A stretch of DNA of 64,000 nucleotides from the IMG/VR virus record IMGVR_UViG_3300009183_000002, positions 1 to 64,000 of that record; one strand, given 5' to 3'. A program made the translations under genes and the position numbers. Source of the stretch: a virus. The notes under the pieces were generated by a model. It did no database searches. It worked only from the letters and a program-made list of their open reading frames with translations, and had not been told where the DNA came from. Shown here one piece after another: positions 35,972-45,434 of this stretch. Each line of letters begins with the position of its first letter. Position 1 is the stretch's first letter.

Positions 35972-36382
35972 TTACACCCGAATAAGGTCGGCGGCCAAGA
36001 GGGAGTCCCAATCAACACGCTTGATTTGCTTCAGCTGTTCGAGATTATTAAATCTTTCACCCGACAAGGACATCTGTAGATCTTTGATCTCACGGGCTGT
36101 CTTAAGGCCGATACCCTTGACATGATCTGCGATCATCTGGGCAGTAGCTGAATTTACATTCAGCCTGTGATCAGGCGGGAAATTGCGAGGTTCCTCTTTG
36201 GCTGCCTTATCCTTTACTTGAAGAGTCTTCACCTTTTTGGTGGCCTCTTCATCGGGACTTAGTTCGGTCTTGTAAGCGGTAAAAAGGCGACCGTCTTGGT
36301 CTTCAACCATTGACCAATCGCCATTGTCAAACTCACTAATAACCTTGACGCGAGCACCCGTTTTCTTATGTTGATAAAGCAT
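35972..36382 (-). CDS. helix-hairpin-helix (ComEA-like) DNA-binding protein
   Basis: LNVNSATAQMIADHVKGIGLKTAREI...FNNLEQLKQIKRV. Confidence 0.75.
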   Translation of the reverse strand: MLYQHKKTGARVKVISEFDNGDWSMVEDQDGRLFTAYKTELSPDEEATKKVKTLQVKDKAAKEEPRNFPPDHRLNVNSATAQMIADHVKGIGLKTAREIKDLQMSLSGERFNNLEQLKQIKRVDWDSLLAADLIRV

Positions 36383-36423
36383 TTGAGACCAGGAAGTAAT
36401 TCACTGGTCTCAGTTTAGCTTAA

Positions 36424-37239
36424 TCAGCTGACGGTGCGGTTAGTCAGATAGGCTTCGATATCTTCGTAGCCAGGAGCAACGTCAGGTTGGACGTAGCACA
36501 CTTCAACAACCAGGTAGCCAACACGGCCAGCGGCGGAGTCGCCACTAGAGATGTAGAAACCACCAGCGGTAGAACCTGAAGTGTTTGCGCTTGCCTTGGA
36601 GAACACCTGAACGGTAGTGGAAGCAGCAACGCCATAGTAGGCGGTACCAGGACCAGGGACCGTACCAGCAGCACCAGTAGAGGTGATGAAAGGATCGGTG
36701 CTAAGGGCGGTTGAGCCAGCAGCAAAGAAGATTTCACCAGCTTGCGTACCAGAAGTAGTGGATACCAGGTTTGCCTGGAACACACCTTCGCCAACACCAG
36801 AGGCGGCGGTAGGGAGGCTGCTGACGGAGCGACCCACGGAGATCACGTTACCCGTAGCGTTGTAGATACCAGAAGCAACACGACCATCACCCCAGCCAGA
36901 AGCCACGGAGATAGCGGTGCGGTACACATAACCAGTGCTTGTGGAACTACCTGAGATCACCATGCCGGTGATGTCGGTACGCGTATCGTCTTGACGATAA
37001 GGAGAAGGAACGATAATCGAAGCAACGGCAACGGGACCGCTACCAGAAGTTGCGGTAACGGGGACATAACCACGTTGTTGGAAATAACGATAGCCGGGGA
37101 CGGCCAGCACAGAAGTGGGGCCGCCTATGGTGCTATCGGTGGTTCCGTCGACAGGGTTGGCGTCGGTATTTTTGTACCAACCGTTTAAAGCATTTACCCA
37201 GTTACCGGGATAAATCTTTTTAGCAGACAAGTAAGTCAT
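36424..37239 (-). CDS. putative capsid decoration/minor capsid protein
   Basis: S/T/G/A-rich 271-aa ORF immediately after the major capsid gene. Confidence 0.65.
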   Translation of the reverse strand: MTYLSAKKIYPGNWVNALNGWYKNTDANPVDGTTDSTIGGPTSVLAVPGYRYFQQRGYVPVTATSGSGPVAVASIIVPSPYRQDDTRTDITGMVISGSSTSTGYVYRTAISVASGWGDGRVASGIYNATGNVISVGRSVSSLPTAASGVGEGVFQANLVSTTSGTQAGEIFFAAGSTALSTDPFITSTGAAGTVPGPGTAYYGVAASTTVQVFSKASANTSGSTAGGFYISSGDSAAGRVGYLVVEVCYVQPDVAPGYEDIEAYLTNRTVS

Positions 37240-37267
37240 TTATTTTTCCTAAAGTTATTGTTGATTA

Positions 37268-38428
37268 TCAAACGATGCCGTCGTCAGAAACGAAGCTGAA
37301 TGCAGTGGTGACGAAATCTTTGTTCAGAATTTCAAAACCAGCATACAGTTGCCAAATCAAGATGATAAAGCGGCTGAAGTCATCGTTGTTGTTGATGAGC
37401 ACCTGAGCATTAGGACCGCCAATGCCAACGCCAATTGCCTGAGGACCAAAGAAGTAACCTTGGGCAATTTCTTGTTGGGCAAAGGTGCTGGCGTTAAAGC
37501 TAGCGTTAATGGTGCGGTTGGGGAAGTTAGTCGATTCGAAGAACTTCACACCTTCAAACTGAACACCAGTAGGCATTACAGGTTCGCCAGCCAAGAAGTA
37601 GGCTTGACCAGCCTGAGGGCCTTGGTAGAAGCTAGCGTTGTTAGGCATCATGGGGTTACCCATGTACATGCCTTGGCCAGGGTTACCAGCGTAACGAGCA
37701 ATCTCACGGAAGTCAGGATCACGACGCAGGTGCATCATGAAGGTGGGATCGCAAATACAACGATACAGACCGTCTGCGTAGGTAGGAGTGTTGCGCTTGC
37801 GCAGGTCCTTAACAACAGTCAGAAGGTCGGTACGCACAGAGAACTGCTGAAGATCAGCGGTGTACTCAGTGCTGGTATAAGAAATAGAACCGTTGGCAGC
37901 CTTGGTCTTGCCACCAGGGAAGTAGTAACCACCTTGAGTTGTAGAAGCTTGACCGTTGGCTTCTGCTTTTGACAGTTCGTCAATAAAGACGCGGTCACGC
38001 CACCGACGATAGTCATCAAGCAGCGTGAGGCTACCGATGGACTGGTGGAACATATTCAGGTTGCCGGTGTCGAGCAGCAGACGCTGAGCGGTCACCAGGG
38101 TTTCCCGAGCAATCTTGAAGGTGCTGGGCTGGGTAGGATCACCGGGGTCCGCAGGGCCAGTGTATTCCTTAAGCACCACCAGGACTTTCTCCTTGGTGAT
38201 GTTACGGCTGTTGGCGCTACCAATGGTTTGGTCGGCAATACGCTCGCGGCTGTCCTTAGTACCAGGGGTGCCCCAGAACTTGTAGCGATCCAGCTGAACG
38301 GTTTGACCAGGCTGACGAGTGAAGTCGTGAACGACTACGGGCTCAACAGCCATCTCAGCAATGTAAGCGGGGTGGGGACGATAAAGTTCCGCACCCAGGA
38401 TTTTTGGAAAATCGTTATCAATAAACAC
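37268..38428 (-). CDS. major capsid protein
   Basis: 386 aa; HDFTRQPGQTVQLDRY, GVQFEGVKFFESTN, WQLYAGFEILN; order portal-scaffold-capsid; GGAGG-like SD. Confidence 0.85.
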   Translation of the reverse strand: MFIDNDFPKILGAELYRPHPAYIAEMAVEPVVVHDFTRQPGQTVQLDRYKFWGTPGTKDSRERIADQTIGSANSRNITKEKVLVVLKEYTGPADPGDPTQPSTFKIARETLVTAQRLLLDTGNLNMFHQSIGSLTLLDDYRRWRDRVFIDELSKAEANGQASTTQGGYYFPGGKTKAANGSISYTSTEYTADLQQFSVRTDLLTVVKDLRKRNTPTYADGLYRCICDPTFMMHLRRDPDFREIARYAGNPGQGMYMGNPMMPNNASFYQGPQAGQAYFLAGEPVMPTGVQFEGVKFFESTNFPNRTINASFNASTFAQQEIAQGYFFGPQAIGVGIGGPNAQVLINNNDDFSRFIILIWQLYAGFEILNKDFVTTAFSFVSDDGIV

Positions 38429-38549
38429 TTTGTTCTATCCTCCAGTGTCGCAGGAAATGTTTTTAACGGGTGAAAGATTCAGACATTATCATGTCTTATC
38501 TAACATAAATTTTAGCAGTCGGTAATTTACTAGAACTACCGACTAACTA

Positions 38550-39521
38550 TCACTCCATTACAAACAGTTTGTTTGCAACGGTTTGAGGTTGTGCTTGATT
38601 CAGAAGACGCCATGCGTTCTGAGGATCGCGGTTCATTTGCTCATTGAAACCACCCCAGAAATTCTCGGGTGCTTGGGGAGCAGCAGCGGTGGGAGGGGCA
38701 GGGAACTGGCCCATCTGAGGTTGTCCCACAGCCTGAGTCGGATACCCACGAGTCTCCAGTTGAGCTTCGTTTTCGTACACGGGATAAGGACCTTCAGGTC
38801 CAAAGAACTTCAGCGTGTAGTCGCTAAGTACGTCGGGATTGGTCAGAATCTCGTTATAGGCCAGGTTCTCCTGGTGCTCGTTGACCGCAAAATTAGCGTA
38901 ACCAACGATTGTGTCAGTTGCGCGGTTTCCCCACGCGACCGCGCTGTCCAGCATCCCTTCCAGATTTAGGGCGTAGTTGTTCAGAACTGCCGGAGCTTCG
39001 ATCCCGAACGCGTCCATTACTTGGCGGCTTTCCTGGCTCATTCCCACCAGGTCCGCGACGTCCGCTAAGGACGGAGTCGAGGAGGTTTGGGAATAGTTGG
39101 GCGAGGATACCTGGTTGGGAGACCAAGTCAGCGGAGCCGATTGTGGCGTAAACTGGCTGCTGGGTTGTCCGTAATTGGCCGGGGTATACGCTGTCGTCGG
39201 CTGCGACTGTTGACCCTGGAATGGGGATTGGACTGGAGCGCTCAGCAGATTCACCACCTTGTTGAACGCCGACTCCCAAGGATTCCCCGCCGAGTCCGCC
39301 ACCGGTTGGGATTGGGGGGCGTACTGAGTAGGGGCTGATTGGTAGCTGGGGGCTGCCTGAGGTACCGCCTGGGGGTAACTCATACCCACTTGATAAGCCT
39401 GCGGAGCTGCCTGGTAGCTTGCCGGTGCTGCTTGTGGTGCTGCCACCACGTAGCTGCTCGGAGCGACGGCTGCTGGTGCTTGGCTCGTCTGTGGGATCGA
39501 TTGGACGATAGCGTCCTGCAT
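38550..39521 (-). CDS. putative scaffolding protein (P/Q/A-rich)
   Basis: AAGGAG SD before the ATG; lies between portal and capsid. Confidence 0.7.
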   Translation of the reverse strand: MQDAIVQSIPQTSQAPAAVAPSSYVVAAPQAAPASYQAAPQAYQVGMSYPQAVPQAAPSYQSAPTQYAPQSQPVADSAGNPWESAFNKVVNLLSAPVQSPFQGQQSQPTTAYTPANYGQPSSQFTPQSAPLTWSPNQVSSPNYSQTSSTPSLADVADLVGMSQESRQVMDAFGIEAPAVLNNYALNLEGMLDSAVAWGNRATDTIVGYANFAVNEHQENLAYNEILTNPDVLSDYTLKFFGPEGPYPVYENEAQLETRGYPTQAVGQPQMGQFPAPPTAAAPQAPENFWGGFNEQMNRDPQNAWRLLNQAQPQTVANKLFVME

Positions 39522-41271
39522 AACTCATCTCCTTTTGTAGAGCTTCTAAAGTGCGATACAGATATGGAGTTAAATCCAATCTCGGATCCGCAGCCATCGG
39601 TAAATCCGGTGATTGCGGGTGAGGGGTCTGCATCATGCCCCCCACAAGGCGAGCAAACTGAGAATAAGCACTCTGCAGTTCGCCTACCATCCTGAATGGG
39701 AAGCCTGATAGCATCCCGGCCCTTTCTTCATCCGTCTTAGACGGGAAGAGGTATTTCAGTGCTTCAATGCTATCAACACCTAATTCTTGCAGATTTCGCA
39801 CAACAATGGAGTTGTTTAGCGTATCTTGCGTGGAATCTTCGTAGACAGGACCCAACCAACGCCATTGCATTGTCACGTCACCATCTGGAATTAAACCAAG
39901 AACACCTGGCGGAATCTGTTGAGTTTTAAGACAAGCCATCATTAACTGCTTGACTTGGCCCTCAAACATACTCATTGCATCGTCGTAGGCCATGATGTCC
40001 TCCTGTGACGCATTCTCTGGTAGCTCCAGGGGGCGCTCAAGTCCTGCAGCTGCCGCAAGCGTCTCACGGAACATGCGTTCTTCTTGGAAAATAATCAGCT
40101 CCAAACAACGGCAAACACCATAGCTATAAATAGCAGTTGCTTTTTTCTTTGACGTAGCTGAAACGCGACCAAACAACGATTTGTATTCAGTTGCGGTTAC
40201 GCCTGCAGAAATTGATAGCTCGTCTACGCCACCAAGTGCTGTACGAATTTCTTCCCTGTACTGACGTGCAAAAGAATTTTGATCACCTGAAATTGCATCT
40301 GGAACAATGTAACCAACTCGGTCGTTTGGTTCCAGGTTGGCAATCACCCTAGGTACTCGGATCTGACCATCAACACCACGGGAGATTGGATCAGCTTTAA
40401 ACCTTGACTGGCTTAATGCACCGCTACCAGTAAAACCTGAGTTAGCCGCAATAGACGGACGCTGTACCACGGAGTCACCACCAGACTCCATCAGGTCTGT
40501 CTTGGGACGAGAAGACAAGAGTGTCGGGTTACCAAAGAACTGTACGTTCTTCCGCATGTTGCGAACCATGTCGTCATGCGTACAGATGTGATTGGCTAGT
40601 GCGTCAAATTCACCAACGCCTTCTGTAGAGAAACCCTTGGGGTTGTTAAAGATCTCAACGCAAGGAATAAAACCAAGCGTATTTTTAAACGTTTTAGTTT
40701 TTCCGGTCAGTACTTGGTAATTAGTATCAAATGAAAGCTCAGCTTCTGAGTGAGTTTCTTCAATTGTTTTACGTTTAATTGAAAGACGAATATAACGCTT
40801 AGCCCCTCCGCGTCCCATGGATGCTTGACCACCTAAGTTGGTGGTCTCAATATCTTGCTGATAGCCAAAGCCCTGGCGGACTTTGTAGCTATAGATAATT
40901 ACAACTTCGTCCAGTTCACCGTCAACGTTATAGAAGCTGCGATACTCGTGCTTACGGAAATAATAAAGACGATAATTGTTTTCAGTAGGACGGATATAAA
41001 AAAGACCCTGGCCATCACAAAGAAAATAATCCCAGAGCGAATCCAAGCGTGTATCAATTTGATTGTATTTGATTACGCGTTCAATAAAATCTTTGCGTTG
41101 ATTACCAAAATTATCTTGCGCAGGAAAAAATTCAACACCCTGACGGATGCCAAACAATTTCATCTGTGCCAGGTGTGACGCAACAATGCCTGTATCAATT
41201 GCTGCCCCACCATCCTTTTCCAGGTAAGAGTCAACAATTTCTTTAAGTCTGGCTTTCGCGTCTACAGCCAT
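38914..41271 (-). CDS. portal protein with ~200-aa C-terminal extension overlapping the scaffold gene
   Basis: LGFIPCVEIFNN, QFFGNPTL, YREEIRTALGG; position between TerL and capsid. Confidence 0.78.
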   Translation of the reverse strand: MAVDAKARLKEIVDSYLEKDGGAAIDTGIVASHLAQMKLFGIRQGVEFFPAQDNFGNQRKDFIERVIKYNQIDTRLDSLWDYFLCDGQGLFYIRPTENNYRLYYFRKHEYRSFYNVDGELDEVVIIYSYKVRQGFGYQQDIETTNLGGQASMGRGGAKRYIRLSIKRKTIEETHSEAELSFDTNYQVLTGKTKTFKNTLGFIPCVEIFNNPKGFSTEGVGEFDALANHICTHDDMVRNMRKNVQFFGNPTLLSSRPKTDLMESGGDSVVQRPSIAANSGFTGSGALSQSRFKADPISRGVDGQIRVPRVIANLEPNDRVGYIVPDAISGDQNSFARQYREEIRTALGGVDELSISAGVTATEYKSLFGRVSATSKKKATAIYSYGVCRCLELIIFQEERMFRETLAAAAGLERPLELPENASQEDIMAYDDAMSMFEGQVKQLMMACLKTQQIPPGVLGLIPDGDVTMQWRWLGPVYEDSTQDTLNNSIVVRNLQELGVDSIEALKYLFPSKTDEERAGMLSGFPFRMVGELQSAYSQFARLVGGMMQTPHPQSPDLPMAADPRLDLTPYLYRTLEALQKEMSYAGRYRPIDPTDEPSTSSRRSEQLRGGSTTSSTGKLPGSSAGLSSGYELPPGGTSGSPQLPISPYSVRPPIPTGGGLGGESLGVGVQQGGESAERSSPIPIPGSTVAADDSVYPGQLRTTQQPVYATIGSADLVSQPGILAQLFPNLLDSVLSGRRGPGGNEPGKPPSNGRVRDRSSGSSEQLRPKSGRDAGQRGRVGKPRN

Positions 41272-41282
41272 TAACTATTTGC

Positions 41283-41417
41283 CTATTTAGCTTTCTTGAT
41301 CTTAGCAGTCTTGGACTTTTTATGGAGGCAAAGCCAAGTTTTAAAATATGCAAGTTCAGCTGGGCTGTAAAGCTCAGGACTTTTCAATGCTTTTTTAACT
41401 AACTTCTTTGTCTTCAT
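41283..41417 (-). CDS. 44-aa basic protein
   Basis: Own translation MKTKKLVKKALKSPELYSPAELAYFKTWL... Confidence 0.65.
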   Translation of the reverse strand: MKTKKLVKKALKSPELYSPAELAYFKTWLCLHKKSKTAKIKKAK

Positions 41418-41764
41418 GAGTAAACAGTTGATCTGGCAAAGCCTGCGGGAGCCTGACCAATTTGTGGTCCGCCATAAAAACCTGCAAAATTACCAGGGGC
41501 TCCTGGAGTCATGTTTGCAACGGCACTGTTTAAATTACTGGTACCAGCTAAAGGTAACTTGGGGCCACCACCAGGAGTAATACCTCTGCGTTCAAACTCT
41601 TCAAGGAGTTGTTGGTTCTCTGGCAGGTTCTGTTGCAAGCGGCGGATCTGTTCTTCAGAACGACCGCCTAACGCTCCCGGTCCTTGTTGAATTACGTGAT
41701 TAAAACCACCAGCTAAAAGATTGCCGGGTGCCCCTGGAACATTGGTAGTACCTGAGTAATACAT
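41414..41764 (-). CDS. Gly/Pro-rich hypothetical protein
   Basis: 116-aa ORF with repeated PGAPGN. Confidence 0.65.
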   Translation of the reverse strand: MYYSGTTNVPGAPGNLLAGGFNHVIQQGPGALGGRSEEQIRRLQQNLPENQQLLEEFERRGITPGGGPKLPLAGTSNLNSAVANMTPGAPGNFAGFYGGPQIGQAPAGFARSTVYS

Positions 41765-41790
41765 TTCTACGCTTCCTGTATTGATGTATT

Positions 41791-41973
41791 CTACTCTTCT
41801 ATAATTTCAAACCCAGCAGGATCGTTTACTTTGGTAAGGATAATTCCATTGCCCTTAACATCCCAGTTAAGAACGTCCCCTTCTTCCCACCCAAGATCTT
41901 CAAGCACTTCTTCCGGGAGCGTAATAAACGGCTCACCGTTTTCGTCTTCTTCAACCTCAAGAATGTAACTCAT
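41791..41973 (-). CDS. AbrB/MazE/SpoVT-family DNA-binding protein
   Basis: ITLPEEVLEDLGWEEGDVLNW. Confidence 0.75.
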   Translation of the reverse strand: MSYILEVEEDENGEPFITLPEEVLEDLGWEEGDVLNWDVKGNGIILTKVNDPAGFEIIEE

Positions 41974-42263
41974 TTGGCCAAAAGCTTTTCCATAAGCTTA
42001 TCAAGCTTATTGTTGATTTGCTGAAAATTATCGTGCATGTTTTGAATTTCTCTTAGAAAGTCAACTTTCAAAACATATTCAAGAGGCATCCGATTTATCT
42101 GTTGTTCCAAGGAGTCCACGCGGTTTTCTTGCGAACGTAACGATGCGTTAAGAGTTTGCAGCCGCTCATGCGTTCGGCTTAGGATCTTGTTTGCCACCCA
42201 GGATCCCCCTGTGACAGCTGATACAACTGCTGTAATTGCAATTGTTAAATACTCTGGGCCCAC
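41970..42263 (-). CDS. membrane-anchored coiled-coil protein
   Basis: N-terminal TM helix, coiled coil, PLEYVLKVDF. Confidence 0.65.
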   Translation of the reverse strand: MGPEYLTIAITAVVSAVTGGSWVANKILSRTHERLQTLNASLRSQENRVDSLEQQINRMPLEYVLKVDFLREIQNMHDNFQQINNKLDKLMEKLLAK

Positions 42264-42293
42264 AGGTATGAAAGCTTTCTTCTTATTTTAAGC

Positions 42294-43820
42294 TTAGTAA
42301 TCAAGATGAAGCTGACCCTTTCGTGCTAAACCTGTGACTAACCACACTAACGCGTCGACGCAGTCATCATGACCACTTACGCCGAAATTTGTGAGTTCCT
42401 CGAAGAGATTTGTGAAGTTTCGGAAACGATTAAAAATAATCTTTCTATCTTCAAACATTCCCATGATGCCCCGGAACCGTGCCAGCTTGTCTGCTCGGAA
42501 CCCTTTAACGGGATGCCAAATCAAGTTATAGAGACCTTCGTTATTGAGGCACACCCTCTTGAAGTCAGCCTCCAGTGAAGCTTGGTACTGGACAGCTTCT
42601 GACCAAATGTCACAAGTCGAGTAAGTAGGGAAATAATTATCGTTCTGGTCTTTTGAAATAACCGACCAATCGTTCAGCAATTCTTTTAACGCGTCAAGTT
42701 TTTCAAGGTTTCCCATCACTCGAATTCGGCGGTAATCAATAATATGAATACGATCTCCAATACGGCCTCCAAGGATCATGACGGTGTAGTCATTTTTTTC
42801 TTTGATGCCAGCAGATAGGTCAACACCGATGCCTAACGTGTCAAACTCCGTGGCAATCTCAGCTTTAACAATAAGTTCTGGCGCCAGGGAAAGCTCGTTT
42901 TGTCGTACAATTTGATTCATGTACTGGAACGAAAAAGCAATAGGAGCCTGGCGTTTCTTTTCTTTTAGGTAATCCAGTGACCACATCTCAGGCCAATACG
43001 ATTCCTCTTCACCTGTTTTGGGATCATTGATAATTGCAGAAAGAACAATCTGCATCCAGTTGTTTTGCTCGTTAAATGTGGTGGCATGAATGTCGTCATG
43101 TCTAAACCTTGTTCCAAGGCAGATTGCTCGTGCACCTTCAAACATCGTTGGTGAAATCACAGCATTCCAATTTTCCTGCATTGTTTTACGAATGTCAGGA
43201 TTGGAAATGTCTGCCGCAGATTTAATAGCGTCATCGATCATTACCAGGTGTGAACGCTTGGAGGTTACAGAACCTTTGAGGCCAGCAGCGGAAAGCGTAA
43301 ACTGTTCGTCACCCGTTACCTCAATGCCAGCAAATTTATGATCAATAGACCAGTACTCATTACTGGTCACATTCTTCAAAAGGCGTACCTTGGGAAATAC
43401 TTCTTGATACCGCTTGCTTTCAATGATGCGTTTGATGGTTGCTGACTTGGAACGAGCAATATCAACCGTATATGACAAGTAAAGAATTTGTAGTGGCAGC
43501 TTGGCTTGTGTATGGATGCCAATAGCCCAAGCCGTAAACAAACCTAAGACTGTTGACTTTGCAGAACCACGGGGAGCAAGTAGGTCAATATTGGGGCCAG
43601 CAATTCGCAACAAGCAACTACTATTTTCATTTGTGACAAAATGACGATTCCAGTCTTGGTGATGTTGAGCAGGAGGTTTGTCCGCTACATAATCACAAAA
43701 GAAACCAAAGTCCTCCCGTGCTCTCTCAAGAAGGTCTAAGTTTTTAGGTGCTCTGATTTGTTGATTGCGTGCAGCAGCCTTTGCGTTACGACGGTATGCA
43801 AGGTGCTGGTAAGAAGGCAC
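42294..43820 (-). CDS. terL: terminase large subunit
   Basis: APRGSAKST Walker A, VMIDD Walker B, LGTRF, GVDLS, HDDCVDAL nuclease motifs. Confidence 0.92.
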   Translation of the reverse strand: MPSYQHLAYRRNAKAAARNQQIRAPKNLDLLERAREDFGFFCDYVADKPPAQHHQDWNRHFVTNENSSCLLRIAGPNIDLLAPRGSAKSTVLGLFTAWAIGIHTQAKLPLQILYLSYTVDIARSKSATIKRIIESKRYQEVFPKVRLLKNVTSNEYWSIDHKFAGIEVTGDEQFTLSAAGLKGSVTSKRSHLVMIDDAIKSAADISNPDIRKTMQENWNAVISPTMFEGARAICLGTRFRHDDIHATTFNEQNNWMQIVLSAIINDPKTGEEESYWPEMWSLDYLKEKKRQAPIAFSFQYMNQIVRQNELSLAPELIVKAEIATEFDTLGIGVDLSAGIKEKNDYTVMILGGRIGDRIHIIDYRRIRVMGNLEKLDALKELLNDWSVISKDQNDNYFPTYSTCDIWSEAVQYQASLEADFKRVCLNNEGLYNLIWHPVKGFRADKLARFRGIMGMFEDRKIIFNRFRNFTNLFEELTNFGVSGHDDCVDALVWLVTGLARKGQLHLDY

Positions 43821-43851
43821 AAGAATTATTCAGATACTACTGAATACTATC

Positions 43852-44013
43852 CTATTTACTTTCCTTTTGTTTTTTCTGTTTTTTGTACTTGGTAGCTTTG
43901 TCAAGAGCTGCTTTACGTTTTTCTTTATCCGACATCTCAGTGCCGTCTTCTTTCTTAGCTTCTTTCTTCTTTAGATACTCAAGAAGCTGAGGGGGCATTT
44001 TACCTTTAGCCAT
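43852..44013 (-). CDS. 53-aa Lys-rich protein
   Basis: Own translation MAKGKMPPQLLEYLKKKEAKKEDG... Confidence 0.7.
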   Translation of the reverse strand: MAKGKMPPQLLEYLKKKEAKKEDGTEMSDKEKRKAALDKATKYKKQKKQKESK

Positions 44014-44210
44014 TAGAAATTATCCTGTTCGCGAGAGTTACGCATGCGGTTAAGAAGTTGCTGGTACTCTGGGCTGCCTTGATCAGGCATACGCGCTGCA
44101 CGACCAGTGCCAAAGTCAACGCCTGAAGTTGGCTGTCGGTCCATCCCCCTGCGCTCACCTTCTTCTTGACGTTGGCGGGGGTATGACATGCCGCCCTGTT
44201 GAGCACCCAT
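44013..44210 (-). CDS. small hypothetical protein
   Basis: 65-aa ORF preceded by TAGAAT. Confidence 0.6.
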   Translation of the reverse strand: MGAQQGGMSYPRQRQEEGERRGMDRQPTSGVDFGTGRAARMPDQGSPEYQQLLNRMRNSREQDNF

Positions 44211-44248
44211 TTAAATAGATATTTGGCTTGAAACTATTCTAGTAGTAT

Positions 44249-44854
44249 TTATTCCTCAAGCTGCATGCGAGCCCACACGCTCATGGACGCTTCTTCCAGA
44301 GGGCTTTCAATAGGATCATCTTTAAAAATAAACAGGAGTTCACGTATGGCACGGTCAGCCCCAGCCATTAACAAACCCTTGCGATCTTTTGTACCTGTAA
44401 ATTGTTCTACCTGCGCAATAGTTCCACGTAATTCTTTTTGCATAGAAGCAATACGTGCAACACCTGCGTCACGCTTGACGGACATGTTTTCAATATCTTC
44501 ACGCAACTTGCGGATGTCCTCCTGCATCTCATCAATTTCGTACAGGAGTTTTTTTCGGTGATCCGGTTTTTTATAGTTGTCTTTTACCCAGAGATCACAC
44601 GCAGTAATGCTTCCCCTGTATCCAAGGAATCTGGAATATAGGTAAATTTCAACTACTGAGTAATTATCTGCGCAAAAAGCGCAGAATGATTCCTGGGTAG
44701 ACGCATCAAGATTGTCTACCCACCCATCAAATAACTCAATATCGATAAGCTCGTTGGGCCTGACCGTAGTCTCGTTCTTCGTCTTTCCGTTTAAAGAGGT
44801 CTTGCTGTTCAGCGGAAGTGCGGGATTCCGCTGCGCCTTTACCGATTGTTTCAC
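44249..44854 (-). CDS. helical protein, candidate terminase small subunit (start uncertain)
   Basis: Coiled-coil core upstream of terL; function inferred from position only. Confidence 0.5.
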   Translation of the reverse strand: MKQSVKAQRNPALPLNSKTSLNGKTKNETTVRPNELIDIELFDGWVDNLDASTQESFCAFCADNYSVVEIYLYSRFLGYRGSITACDLWVKDNYKKPDHRKKLLYEIDEMQEDIRKLREDIENMSVKRDAGVARIASMQKELRGTIAQVEQFTGTKDRKGLLMAGADRAIRELLFIFKDDPIESPLEEASMSVWARMQLEE

Positions 44855-45017
44855 GTTCTTGTTCAGCAGCAGCTTTTCCTTTTGCTATGGACGAACCTAC
44901 AGACACGTCCTGAAATATCTTAGTAGCAGCAGCAGCTTTCCTGGCTTTGTCTTCATCAAACAAAAAATCATACGGATCGCTTTGATCGAACGAGTTAGTT
45001 GAAGAAGAATCGGCCAT
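44736..45017 (-). CDS. hypothetical protein
   Basis: 93-aa ORF ending AQRAYRY. Confidence 0.65.
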   Translation of the reverse strand: MADSSSTNSFDQSDPYDFLFDEDKARKAAAATKIFQDVSVGSSIAKGKAAAEQERETIGKGAAESRTSAEQQDLFKRKDEERDYGQAQRAYRY

Positions 45018-45029
45018 GACAATAACTAA

Positions 45030-45191
45030 CTAGAAACTATTTTTTTGATCAACAGAATCTTCCGACTCTTTTGATTGATCCTTTTCGGCTCTTTGTTTGG
45101 CAAAATTATAAGCAAGTGAAGCCGCTTTTTTGTATTGACCTAAGTCAAAACTCTCGCTTGAAGAGCGAGAATTAGCAGCTTGCTCTTGCAT
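45030..45191 (-). CDS. 53-aa hypothetical protein
   Basis: Own translation MQEQAANSRSSSESFDLGQYKKAASLAYNFAK...; TGATG coupling. Confidence 0.6.
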   Translation of the reverse strand: MQEQAANSRSSSESFDLGQYKKAASLAYNFAKQRAEKDQSKESEDSVDQKNSF

Positions 45192-45382
45192 CAGAAGTTG
45201 CTCATCATCGAAGCAAGGCCCTGTTGGAAGATGTCACGACGTCCTTCAACAGACTTCTGACGTTGTTGGCGACCCTTAGAAGCCTCAAGACGATTCAAAA
45301 GATCTTCAAACTCGGCAATATTAAAACGTGAAGCGGTATCGGTGCCGGTATCTGTTAATGCATTTCCTACGGAGGAAGTCAT
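45191..45382 (-). CDS. small putative virion protein
   Basis: FEDLLNRLEASKGRQQRQKSVEGRRDIF. Confidence 0.7.
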   Translation of the reverse strand: MTSSVGNALTDTGTDTASRFNIAEFEDLLNRLEASKGRQQRQKSVEGRRDIFQQGLASMMSNF

Positions 45383-45434
45383 GGGTTAAAAAGTTAACTA
45401 AATAAATTATAGCAATAGTTATTATTTGGTACAG

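Noticed and set aside
42294-43820. Intron or intein in terL or the primase-helicase
   Set aside because: Both ORFs are continuous, of ordinary size, with no intein terminal motifs seen.
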